From the NCBI GenBank assembly GCA_030141605.1, contig JAQGDQ010000255.1, forward strand, positions 181,746 to 245,745: a stretch of DNA of 64,000 nt, read 5' to 3'. Below are positions 1-12,083 of this stretch, piece after piece. The translations under genes were made by a program, and so were the position numbers. Below the pieces are notes generated by a model. That model saw only the letters and a program-made list of their open reading frames with translations. It was not told where the DNA came from and ran no database searches. The first letter of the stretch is position 1, and every line of letters starts with the position of its first letter. This stretch comes from Tubiluchus corallicola (lineage: Eukaryota > Animalia > Priapulida).

Positions 1-3000
1 TAAGGATTAACGATCTCAAAGAATAATAGTGAGACATTTCAAACGGTAACTTCACATTTGATGGTTTATAGAAACATTTTGACAAGCACACTTCCCCACG
101 GAGGCACGGACACGATTCTTAAAAAACCTCCCTTTCTTGGAGCCCTTTGTGACAACAAAACATGCGACAACTTTATCTCTGATTTGTCAACAACTTTACA
201 AGCGCTTCAACAATCATTACCTGTTTTTTGGACGAGCGCCTGGGCGAACGCCAGCCACATTTTAGCTAAATTACTATTATGTCTTACTCAATTATGCGTG
301 ATTAGGTAAGCTGACACAATAATATGACAATACCAGGACGTGAGGGCTCTACAGCAGACGCGCGCATTTTGATAATGGGCGCACTTCAAGATGAGACCAC
401 GTGTTGCATTCAGCCTCTGATTCAGCGCACCTAACATCAATGGTGTGGCGAACAAAAGAAGACAATGTCTTTGGTTTATTTACAGAATGAAAACAAACAT
501 TGGGAACCCAGATATTAATTCGCCCGCAATCTGGGTGTTGGGCTGAATAGGGTGGCCTGTGAATGCCTGGTTAATCAAAAAAAGATTCACAATGCGAAGA
601 AGATCGAATCTTCCAGTTGAGCAAATGAATTATTTTGCTACGTCATCAAGTTGCCTAATTGTTATAGTTGGAGTTTATAATCTAAAATCTCCAGTACACA
701 GAATGGAGTACTATAGTCTACACTGAGAGTTAAATGAGATTGATCGATTTCAAAAAAGATTTGATAGAAATGGCAGACGAATTAATTATTTATAATCTTC
801 ATTTCAAGAAACATGGCAATTATTAAATTTTTTAATAAAAAACGTAAGAAAGCAGGATGTGGAAATCTAAGAATTGAGACTCGATTTAAATTAGTGATCA
901 AAATTTGATAATAGAGAGTTTATTCCAACGTCTTATAACAAAAGGATTTTAATGTCCCTTAGGGAGTAAAATGATAGTAAGGAATGTACAAATCAAATGG
1001 TTATCCTGCAGACAAATAGTAAAGAGCGTCAAGAAATAAATGCTTCATACACGTATGGAAAGGAAGAGATAAAACAACATCAAAGAGCATTTAATGCTGA
1101 ATAGAGAACACTTATTTTAATATGTGGTACTGGGGTCATTCACAGTTCAATTTACCACTAACAGACAGAGGTGCGCTTAACGTTGGTTTCTCAAGTAGAC
1201 TGGGATCATGAGATGAAAATTTACAAACAAAGTAGGTCATCGTTTTGCGACTAGTATATGATTATTGTACGTCATTACCCGTTTATAATTCTACGTAATA
1301 CACAACTGTACAGAAAAATGGCGCTTGTCCTTGTTATAGCAGCAATTACATGAAACTGTGCATGAATTAGGCAATGGCACAGAAAAGGCTAGAAAATATC
1401 GATGTGTCATCATTGTTTCACGCTGAACGGAAGCAGCTCACATTATTATGAATATGCGCATTCAGCTATTGTTTTGCTGCTTGACGAATCAATACATAAG
1501 CGTCACACAACTCATAGATTTATCCATATGTGTGAGCATAGCCTTTAGTCATTGGCTTGGCACATTGATAATCTATAATGTTCTCTTATATGCAAAGTGA
1601 ACAGGGATTCGCACGACGTTGGCATTTATTTTATTCTTGCCAGGCGCATGCGTGTAACGAGCAGTTCCTGTAGATGCGATTCTGGAAACGTCTGCTGAAC
1701 TTACACCTAAAAGTTCTTGGGGTAACTGATGTGCTTACATTTTCTGAATTTAATCATTTTTTGTAATGTTCTTGCTCAAGCGCTTATCTTTGTGTCTTCA
1801 TTTTTCGTTTGTTTATTAGTTCATTCGTCAGTTTTTTTTCATTTGTTTATCTACTTGCCTACTCATTCCTTTAATTTATTCATAAAATAAAAAACGAGTT
1901 TCTACAGCCCATTTCGCTTCTTTTTGTTTGTTTCTTTGTTTGTTTTTTTCATTTACTCACTTGACTTTCATTTGTTAGAACATTCTTTTTGCCTTCCTAG
2001 ATACCATTTTACTTTACTTGTCTGTCAGTCTGCCATGGTAACAAAGCACCTGTTGAGATGGTCAATGATGACAATGATGATGGCAACAATAATGACGAAG
2101 ACGAAATAGACTACTTTCACCTCATTTGCTTAAAATATGATTGGCTAAACTAAAAAATAGTTACGTCTACAATTCTGCTATATAAAAACGAAATGGTAAT
2201 GCTTGTTTTATAATATCTGGTAACTACGGTTAATAGCTCAATCATATGCACCCAGCACAATAATAATAATAAACACCTACACATAATTACTAGGCGCCAA
2301 TTAGGAGCAAAGTAAACTAATCTGCTCGCAGATGGTTGAAAATGAATAAAACACAGGTTTCTATGCATCCTAGTACAATGGTTGTGAGTAATTCTATTTA
2401 GAGAGGATGGTGATATATTTTACATTTGATTATCCTGTTTGCCATAATTAGCGCACAGTGATGCGGTAAGTGCGCAAATTTCATTACCGGGCATAGCACC
2501 AGGAGGCAGGCCGAGCGCGATGACGTCACTGATTTTGTTATCAAATCTATGATGGCAAGAAAGCTGTTTAAATGTTTCAGAATTATGCAAAATGTTTAGT
2601 GAAAAAAATTGAGACAAGGATTCAACGTTTTCAAAATCACATAACTCAGAAGAGAATAGCTGAATGATCACAATGTGTGTACAGTGACCAAAGTTAGGCA
2701 ATGCTCGGTGCAAATTAGTAAACAGATTGGGGACATCCAAGAAAACTGCTTCTGGGCAGTTTCATCTGCAACACTGTCACCAACGTTTTCGAAAGATCAA
2801 ACCATAATTTTAAACAAGAAATTGTGTGCAACGCGAGCAAGGATCAATACTGGTTTCACAAAGTTTCTTAATTTTGACGTTCATGTGAACATCATAACAG
2901 ATCTCATCTTACACAAGTCCCTTTAATGCGTTTAAACACGAAGAATTTTTTTTATAATGCTCTAGAAAAATTCTGTTATATCATGTTAGGAAAAATGGAT

Positions 3001-3142
3001 GAATGGAAAAGTAAATAAGTAAATGAATAAACACAAATGAACGAACGAACAAACAAGCAAACAAGCAAACAAATAAACAAATTATTAAATAAAACAGCAT
3101 TTTTATTTTATGATATCATCTTTGACTTCATCTCGGACTTAC

Positions 3143-3188
3143 CTCTAAGTTTTTTAGGTCGAGGCTCCTGTTCATCCAGGATTTTATC
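3143..3188 (-). CDS. SCAPER: Probable short penultimate SCAPER exon (46 nt, phase 0 to 1): DKILDEQEPRPKKLR(G/x)
   Basis: Strong acceptor tgtttttacag and consensus donor AG|gtaagt, in frame with the previous exon. Protein similarity is weak, so the call rests on splice signals and position. Confidence 0.7.
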
Positions 3189-4209
3189 CTGTAAAAACAA
3201 TTGTGACACGTGAACATTTGCAACAAACCAAATTACGCACAAAAATCAACAATACTTAGACAAGGAATCTATCGTGGTAAGCCAATTAAGTTTCACATCT
3301 TTGCAAAAGCAAGCATGCAGCAAAATTCAACACCACGACAGTGGGAACTAAGGCACTAATGCATTCAGGAATACATGCAATATTATACAGGAAATGTGTT
3401 GGAGATTTTTATCATATCAATTTCAAATATTATATTTCTATGAAACATCCGGGTACACGGTATTAAATTAAATATACTTAAAGTTCGCTAAAGGCGCAGA
3501 TTCAAAACTCCCGAAACCTCCAGAACTCCATTTGTAAGTAGTGATGAAAAGGTTGTGAAATCTCTTACGCTGTGCCTCTTTATTGCTTTTGTAATGTTTT
3601 GTTTATCTATGTGTGCTACACAAGTAAACGTTAGTAATCTTTTGCTCAATTCTGTATGCAGAGAAAGGCATCTTCCTCCACATCTTTTAGCTTGCTATTG
3701 CTAACCATACCAAGCCACGTAAAAAGATTTCATTCACAAAGAACCACTGGCTTACATCCTCCCAGCAGAGCTTCTCAGCATCCGAAAGAAAATATTATGC
3801 GAGGTTGTAATTAAAAAGCATATACGCCGAGCGTTAAGCCGGGATGAGCACATGTTGTATAAAGAAGTGTGAATTGGACAGTGAAAATTAATGTAGTCAG
3901 CAGATAAAAGAGCTGGGGTGAAAATGCTGTGGTGAAGGAAAGGAAAGTGCTTTAATATCCGGTAACTCGTTGCTTGGGCGGAACTGGTATTTCTAATTAA
4001 GACGGCAGCGAAAATGAGATGTTGCCGCGTGCCGCACAGCGTGTGCGCGGATGCTGGATAGCGGGAGGGATAATTAGCAAACAGGAAAGAGATGCAACGT
4101 GGAAATTACAAGTAGTCGCTGGGGATGTTTCACGTGTGAGGTATATAGGTTATATAAAAAGACGGAAAAATAAGATGCTAAATAAAGGGAGAAATTGGTG
4201 TGTCGACTG

Positions 4210-4400
4210 ATGAATAAGCATACACAAATAAATAATGAAAAAGTAAATAAATAAGTAAATACATAAATAAATAAATAACCGACTGAGTAAATCAATAAGA
4301 GACAAACAAACAGCAAAACAAGACACAAGCAAGTTAAAAAACAAGTAAAAAGGTAATAAATCAAGCCAGTAATCATTAAAAAAATCACTGAATCAATAAA
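4210..4400. repeat. Degenerate (TAAA/CAAA)n tetramer tract
   Basis: Directly visible. Similar tracts lie at about 3000-3085, 4500-4680, 21650-21820, 22560-22750, 39755-39842 and 57400-57465. Confidence 0.85.
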
Positions 4401-7400
4401 TGACAAAAATCATTTTGACAAAAATGGCAAAATGACACATTGCCAATCAAGTGGTTAATCAACTATTTAGTCAAATAAAACGAACAATCTAGTTCTCAAG
4501 CAAACATGCAACCAAACAAATGAATCAACCAACCACCCCAGCCTGCCCATCGACACACCGACTGACAATCCAACCAACCAACTAACCAACCGACCGACCG
4601 ACCGATCGACCAAGCAAATAAACAACAAAATGAATTAATAAATTGAACAAACTAAAACCAACCAGAACAAACTAAAACCAAAATACGCAAACCTCAAACT
4701 TTATAGTAGGATTACGTAGTATGCAATTGTATGTCATGTCTGGAATTTTTCATTACGCATGCAAGTCTTGTAAGAAAACACGTAATTTCTGTTCTTTACA
4801 ACTTGGTTGATGTTATCAACTTGCTGTTTAAAGGGTTTTGCTGCAACATTAGTAGTTACGCACGTTTTATTGTTCAACGTGTACCGAGTTGCTAATGACG
4901 AATCCATTAACCTCCTCTCGTTAATTAGCTCATTTCCGCGAGGATCCATTAAAGTGTCCGCTTATGAAATTATGCCTAATTTTTATCATTACTGCCAGAG
5001 AAAGCTCTCTAATATTTCAATTCACGTTTGACGTTTTATTGCGTTTTATTTAAGAAAAACATAAATATACATGCGCGTACATACATTAAAAATTAGACGC
5101 ACTGTCTTTATGGGGAAATATAAAACATTAATGGCCGGGCAATAAAAAAGGATATTCTAGCCGAAATGAAGTTAGACAAAATTGTTCAGTTCATATTATT
5201 AAATAATGCGAATCAGGAGCGTGCATGGTACAAAGAGCAAGGAAGCTGTATAACTGAAATTGATTTTTACAATTTATTCAGTTCTGGCGCAAGAATACTC
5301 TCTGAACCTCTGACTTTAATCCAATGTTCACTATTTAATGTTATTATATAAATGCAATCTAGCTATATAATTTAGTTGAAATATAGACTAATATATGACA
5401 CCAAATTATATTGCTGACTCTCTTCTCGCTTGTCGCTCAAATCGAATTCGGGTGTAAGCTAGTTAAAGCTACTTGAAATTTGCAAGGCAAATGTTGTGGT
5501 GCTATGTATGACTGACCAGGACAGATCATGCCTGACCGAAACTGAGGCATAAGTGCGCTAATTGTAAGTAGTTTTCCTGAATTAGAATGGCTGTAATTAT
5601 GTAAAATTAGTTTTGTATAAATTACACTATCTTACTTTTGTAGGTATGCATGGTATTTTACTGCATATTCGGTGCAGTGTATGCAACTGGAAATTGTTAT
5701 CCCATTTCTGACACCAGTGTGCTCTAGAGCAACCGTGTGTACTTGGAATCTGTTAGAAGATCGAATGGGCACAAACTGACAGCATACACCTTCCAAACAA
5801 TCTATTCTTCAAGATCAACATTTAGGGCATATGTAGATGTACTCTAATCCAATGAAACTCCACCGTTCGGTACATACCAAAACAAAGTTTTCCCGCAGAA
5901 TGCCATCAAAAGGGCAGTTGTGAGCTGTTTGCCACTCAACTAGATGAGACTGCAGGCAATAGTTTCACATAATAAAATAATATAATATAGCCAGCACGTG
6001 GTAGAAGTGGGGTCAGAAATTTGATTGCTTTACTGAGCGAACAATGCTCTCCGAGAACAAATATCGTCACAATCAATACGACATGCGGGGCAGATTCATA
6101 CGTGGCATCCTATTACAGAGCATCAGTATTAGTACTTTGACTTTTCCATTGAAACTTGGATCCAAGCCACATACGCATACGCACCCAACTTTATATGTGA
6201 TGCAAAGTAGTTGCATTCATTAAATGGCTTTTTGATCACTTTCTAGGCATGAAGTTTTAACACTTGGGAGAAAATGAGCCGAAATGCACAATAATTGCGC
6301 TACGGAATTCTACGCTACGGTAGCGACTAAATTATTGTTTGGAAGCCCTTGTTTTGCACTATTTGCTTTGCAGAATTACTACTATATTACAGCAATAAAT
6401 ACAATTATTACTGTGTACAAGTTAATAGACAAACAATAGGTAACGATGATTAAACTGACAACAATGATCTTTACGTCAATAGTAACTATGATAATCATCA
6501 CTAAGTAAGCATAAGAAAGTGATTGGCTAGATATTTAACATAAACATGCTGAATGTTGAATGTTTTCACAATTCATCTTGAGTGGTTACGTGTTTGAACA
6601 AAAAGAGTTTCGCAATTGTCTGTAACTAGAACTTCAAAATTTGTCGGTAACGTTTTTATAATGCTTATAATATTCGCATTTCCTGAGCGTATTCACGGCA
6701 AAGTCTTTTGATCCCTTTCCTTATGGCTTGCCTTTCCTTTCCTTTCCTTCGTAGCGACTCATTATGATGACGGCATCAATGACAGGTCACTTCTCAGCTC
6801 GACTCAGCTTGACTTTACTTCTTGGGCAGATTGTGTTCATTTTTTATCTCAACCGCGCAAGGCTGTAATTTTGGTAAAACATGCCTTTGTTTTCCACCTG
6901 CGAAAGCCCCAGAGGACGTTTCTTTTGGAGATGTGACTGTTTATATTCCTCCTGTTCACCTTTTGCAGCGACAGCGCATAACAGATAAAGCAATCAGCCG
7001 TAATTTTTATAGCCTTCCTAAAGCCTGTAAGCATCGCAAATCCGCTAGGAATCCTCCAACTAACTCTATCTTGTCGCAAAGTGTTAAGCCACTCTCCACT
7101 GGGAGCAATTACAGCGAGGTTTGTTTCTGTCATTTGCACGTAATTAAGCAATATAAGATGAGATTTGTGTTTGTCTGTTGTATCAGTTGCATCTGCTGGT
7201 GCTGAACGATTGTTCTTGTCACTTGAGTGGCCTGGATTAGAAATGTCAACAGAAGTAGCGTTTTACAGCTCGAAGGAAGAGTTCTTCTAGTCTTAATTAC
7301 TATAGTGGTTCAGGGTATGACGAAATGTACTGCAGCTGAAAGTGCTATTTTAGAAATACGAGACAGAGAAAAAAGGAAGGAAGAAAGAATAAAAAGAAAC

Positions 7401-7686
7401 AGTGGGAGAGAAAGAGAGTGAGATACGAGGAAGGATAGAGGGAGAAAGAAAAACATATTAAAGAAACCGTTTACGAAACAGAATTAATAATAATATGTAC
7501 CCATAAAGAGCAAGAGCGGACTGATATTAATTATTTGCTTTAATTGCTTTAATAAATGCTTTAATTGTACTTTTGTGAGCATGTGTGTTATGTACATGTA
7601 TTTGCATATGCGTTCAGTACCCAATAAATACATCAAATATATTTAAATCAGCAGAGAGCGAGAGAGAGAAGAGGGAATGAGAAAAG

Positions 7687-7717
<31 letters not shown>

Positions 7718-8426
7718 TAGGGAGAGAAAGAGGTGAGAAAAATGAAAGAATAATAAAAAGTATTTTATTTTTAACAAAGAGCGGAAGGAATAGCAAATTT
7801 ATAAGCCTACAATGACCGAATCATAATCTTTATTACATTTAGAGGCGCTAAGTGACGCATCACTATACCTTCTCTTTTTGAGAAGCCCTAGATAATCGTG
7901 CGGCGCGTGCACAAAGAGGAGATCAGTATCTGCTAGTGCTGTGACTAACTGGATAATAAGCACCGCTTTCATGGCATGGGCTTCCTCGGCAGCTAACATG
8001 TGTTTGTAGCGTCTGAAATCCCATCAGCCAAATCTGCATAGATTGAGCAAGACAGCTCCTCCATAGTCGCTTCTCGTTGACTAAACCATCAAAGACACGA
8101 CAGCAGAGAAAGAGGAGACAAGCGTGGAATTGAGGGCAGCTCAAGACTGTGTTAGCGTCATCAAAAATGGACAGTTCAAGTGAATGACCATTAGCTATGC
8201 AGCTAAATCAAACCAGAACCTACTTCAAAACAAAGAAAAAAGTTGCTTGTTGTTGTTTTGAGGATACCTAAACCATTTACAATATAGTTTAGGTATCCCT
8301 ATCTACTGACAACATGAAGTTATTTCAGAAATGTTTTTCAAATTCTCTCTTTTTTGGTTTTAGTGCTAGCAGAAATATATATGCTGCATGGTTTAAGTCA
8401 GGTTTCAGGTTCTAATACAAAAAAGA

Positions 8427-8848
8427 ATACGATCTTTTTCGAGGTTTCGACATGTACGATTAATAACATTAAATTTATTCTGCGCAAAACCCAAATATAT
8501 TACGTAAATATCTATCAATAGGAAAAGCTGAACCGCTGTACACAATTATTGCAAGTGGAATACTAAAAGAGATGATCTTTCTTAAAAGGCATCAACTACA
8601 TGTCTGTTAGGGGGCGACTAAACTAAAGCTCCTATTGTTTGGTGTACTTCGTGTTAAAAACTTGATGTAATAAATACAAAGTTCGTTATTATGGAGAGAA
8701 TGTCAAATCGAAAATCTAAAAGAGAGAAACAACATAAGAGAGAACGCAAAAAAATCTAAGACAATGAAAAAGCATAAAAGAAAGTATTGTTTCTCGTTTA
8801 AGTGCCGCTAAATTTTATTAAGCTGTTGTCGAAACATCGAAAACGTAT
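8427..8848. mobile_element. Probable MITE or foldback element of unknown superfamily
   Basis: TTTTCGAGGTTTCGACA (8436-8452) is a 16/17 inverted match to TGTCGAAACATCGAAAA (8827-8843). Further inverted similarity lies outside (ATACG/CGTAT) and inside (TAATAACATT/AATTTTATTA). Confidence 0.6.
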
Positions 8849-9148
8849 GACGCTATAGACAATGCTTTTGTTGATCAATACTCCCGAAAGTAGTAGAGTG
8901 CTTCCTATTGATTCCTGATTAATGGAATCAGGGATAATGATCCAGAAGTGTGAAATCTAGTAAAAGGGTTATATGCGTGTGAAAGCGAAGAACGTCGAGG
9001 AGATGTCAAATTAATGAACACAGCGCAGAAACAAGAATAATGTAATGCACTAAATAACACAACGGTAACTAGGATTATCAACATTTCTGAACACCATTCC
9101 CTGTTTAGGCAGGTAATAGAACAAACGTAGCACGAAACGGATTCAAAA

Positions 9149-9712
9149 TCTCAGCACCCGTAATCTCAACGTTCGTATCCTCAGCACCCGTAACCTCAAC
9201 ACTCGTAATGTCCGGCACCCGTAACTTGAGCACCCGTAACCTCACCACTTATAACATCAGTAGTCGTAACCACAGCATTAGTAAGTTCAGCACTCGTAAC
9301 CTCGGTACCCGTAACCTTACCACCCGTAATGTCAACACTCGTAACCTCAGCACCCGTAATCTCAACACTCGTAATGTCCGGCAGCCGTAACTTGAGCACC
9401 CGTAACCTCACCACTTATAACATCAGTAGTCGTAACCACAGCATTAGTAAGCTCAGCACTCGTAACCTCAGCACCCGTAACCTTACCACCCGTAATGTCA
9501 ACACTCGTAACCTCAGCACCCATAACTAGAGCACTCGTAACCTAAGCACTCATAACTCCGCAACCCGTAACTAGAGCACTCGAAACCTAAGCACTCATAA
9601 CTCAGCAACCCGTAACCTCAGCACCCATAGCTTCAACACTAGTGACCGCAGCCTCAGTATCCAGAATCTGTGCACTTGATAATCTAAGTACTCCTAACCT
9701 CGTCACCACTAA
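9149..9712. repeat. 15-bp minisatellite (consensus CTCAGCACCCGTAAC) with a 166-bp higher-order duplication
   Basis: About 37 degenerate monomers are visible. Diagnostic variants (GTCCGGCA, CTCACCACTTATAACATCAGTAGT) recur 166 bp apart, e.g. 9241 and 9407. Confidence 0.95.
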
Positions 9713-11977
9713 CGAGGTACATCAAAGCAGCGTGTTCGTCCAGGTAGTGTCATTTGATGGCACAGATGGCAAAATTTGATCTCGACTCATCATTCTTCAC
9801 TGAACTGCAGCAACATATTGTTCCCAAGCACTAGGTTTGGGTTACTACAATGTGTACAATTCATGACAGAAGTACTGCTACCAACCAAGCCACTTGAAAA
9901 TCGCTTTTCACTTCACATAGACGTGTATTAGTCACCAGGTTTGGGATAAAGAGCTTAGCGCAGCGAAGACGCTTAAACCCCTAACACATCGAAATGGGAG
10001 TTCTTCCGTGTAGGCATTCTGTTCGTGTAACAGCAGTCTAGTGCAACGAAGTTGATGACAGGTTCTTCAGAGAACTATGAAAATTAATGACTTGAGCAGA
10101 GAAGCCACACGATAAACTCGTATGCATCTTTTCAGTGCATGAATATGAAGCTAGAGCAAGAGCTCTAAAGATGTTTATGGTGCTTCTACATTACTTCATA
10201 ACCTCTTGGAAGATGCAGAAAAAGAGAAAACGTAGGTGCTATAGTCTCACACTGCTACAGTTCAGTAAACTCTTATAGAGATGGTACCCTGTACTAAAAG
10301 AATTAATCCAAGAGGATTAAAAGTAAAAGATGCCTTTCTGTTTCAGTGCCTAGCATCCTGTTTGTGACAAACACGACAATAACGATGGAGAGAGGCTACT
10401 GATATTTAGTTTAACTTCCTTGTACATTTAGACGCTGGCTTAACGCAGAACTGATTTTGAAAGCAGATGAAAAAGGTTAATTAAGAAAATTCTTCGTAGG
10501 AACGCCACCAATCAATTGACAATAAAAATACAAATAATTGAGGCAATAATGTACGGTACAATTAATATTCACACGTGTGCTACAATAATGATAATTGTTA
10601 TGGTGGCTGCATTTTCATTCTAAACAATTTCTACACGACATACTGCAAGAGGTGGAGAGACCATTCATTGAAAGATAACAATTAATGTCCAACGCTTTGT
10701 TAAGCGCAATCTAAGCAATAAATAGCAATTTGAGAATTTCGACGCTAGGCTGCCCACGATATAGGCAATCAGTCGGAGCTTTTGTAACAGGAAGCTAACT
10801 AGCCGAGTGACTTCTATGCGAGAATAATGGGTTGGTAGAGTAACATTTGTGCTAGCATGCTGTGACCATCGCACAATATTTTCCGACTGGATGAAATTAA
10901 AACATCAATGGTAGAAGGAGAATAGAACTGGACGCATTGACGTCTTCACGCCACATTTACACATGAAGCTGTATTGATTTCCTCAGCAATATTAAAGCGC
11001 TATTGGGGAGGTAAAGTTTGTTTGTTGTAAATAAGTAATAATTTGAATGCAACTGCAAAAGTGACTTAGTGAAAATTTGCACTTTATTCAGATTCGATCT
11101 CAGGGTTAATACAGCAAAGTCTTAGATCGGTTGGTCAGATAATTGGTGACAATCAGTCAGTCACCCAGTCAGTTAGTTAACGGACCATATAGTAAGTATT
11201 TGACCTGAACACTTTCATATTAATAGATCACTATAATTGGAACTCAAACGTTTATATACCTTTTATAACAAACACCTTTCTGTATTTGAACAAAATGCAC
11301 AATTTAACTTTCTTTGTGCATCAGTAGAAGCTCTTGAAAGTTGTTTACGTTACACACTCTTCAGTGCCAACTATTCGAAAAGAAATGCTATAGAAGTTGT
11401 AACGAATCACACGAATCTTTTTCCTATTCAGTGAATCTTATTGCGTAAGGCACGCGGGGGATAGAGTTTGACATTATCTCCTCGCATACATAAGGTTAGC
11501 AAAGTATTGGAGCCAATTCTGGCTGAATGAACAAATATGGGTTTGTAATTTATTTTGTAATTAATACAAAAACAAAAACCTTGTAATATAAACAACAATG
11601 CGATGCACTCAGTTTCATGCATCACAAGCCACAGTAATAGTATTAATAAACTCTACTAAAAAAACAAAAATTATTCATCTCACAAGCATTCATTATAAAG
11701 GCATTTATTATATATTACATATTCTTAGATTAAGTGGCTTACTTCAATAAGTCATGTTTAAGAATCAACCTCTTAGTACAGAACTATAAAAACAAATAAT
11801 ATAAACGCACGTTTAAAAAATGTAAATAAATTTACGCGTCTCTGCGTTTACACAATGTATATAAATTGGTCTACTTCCGTCTATTTCATGTTCTATTTAA
11901 CTACACTATGATGATTATGTAAATTTTACTAATTTACCAATTATAACGCAAGGTTCTTGCACCAAATAATGAGATAG

Positions 11978-11985
11978 TAATAATG

Positions 11986-12064
<79 letters not shown>

Positions 12065-12083
12065 TAATAATATTATTATTATT
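11978..12083. repeat. (AAT)n microsatellite
   Basis: Directly visible. It produces the poly-Leu ORF 11915-12265. Confidence 0.98.

Noticed and set aside
1575-1707. Possible terminal SCAPER exon (cttttag|GTGTAAGT..., minus strand)
   Set aside because: The frame is open for about 44 codons but lacks the expected RFP...W...FF C-terminal motif. The true last exon is probably left of the window.
3489-3581. Possible Kolobok-like mini element (TAAAGGCGCAG...CTGTGCCTCTTTA)
   Set aside because: The inverted match is short and imperfect and there is no clear TTAA TSD.
6822-7205. Nested + strand gene (127-aa ORF)
   Set aside because: Non-ATG start, no recognisable domain, and no supporting chain of exons.
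9149-9712. CRISPR array or pentapeptide-repeat gene
   Set aside because: Contiguous 15-bp monomers with no unique spacers, in a eukaryotic intron. The 16-bp monomers and stop codons break the frames.
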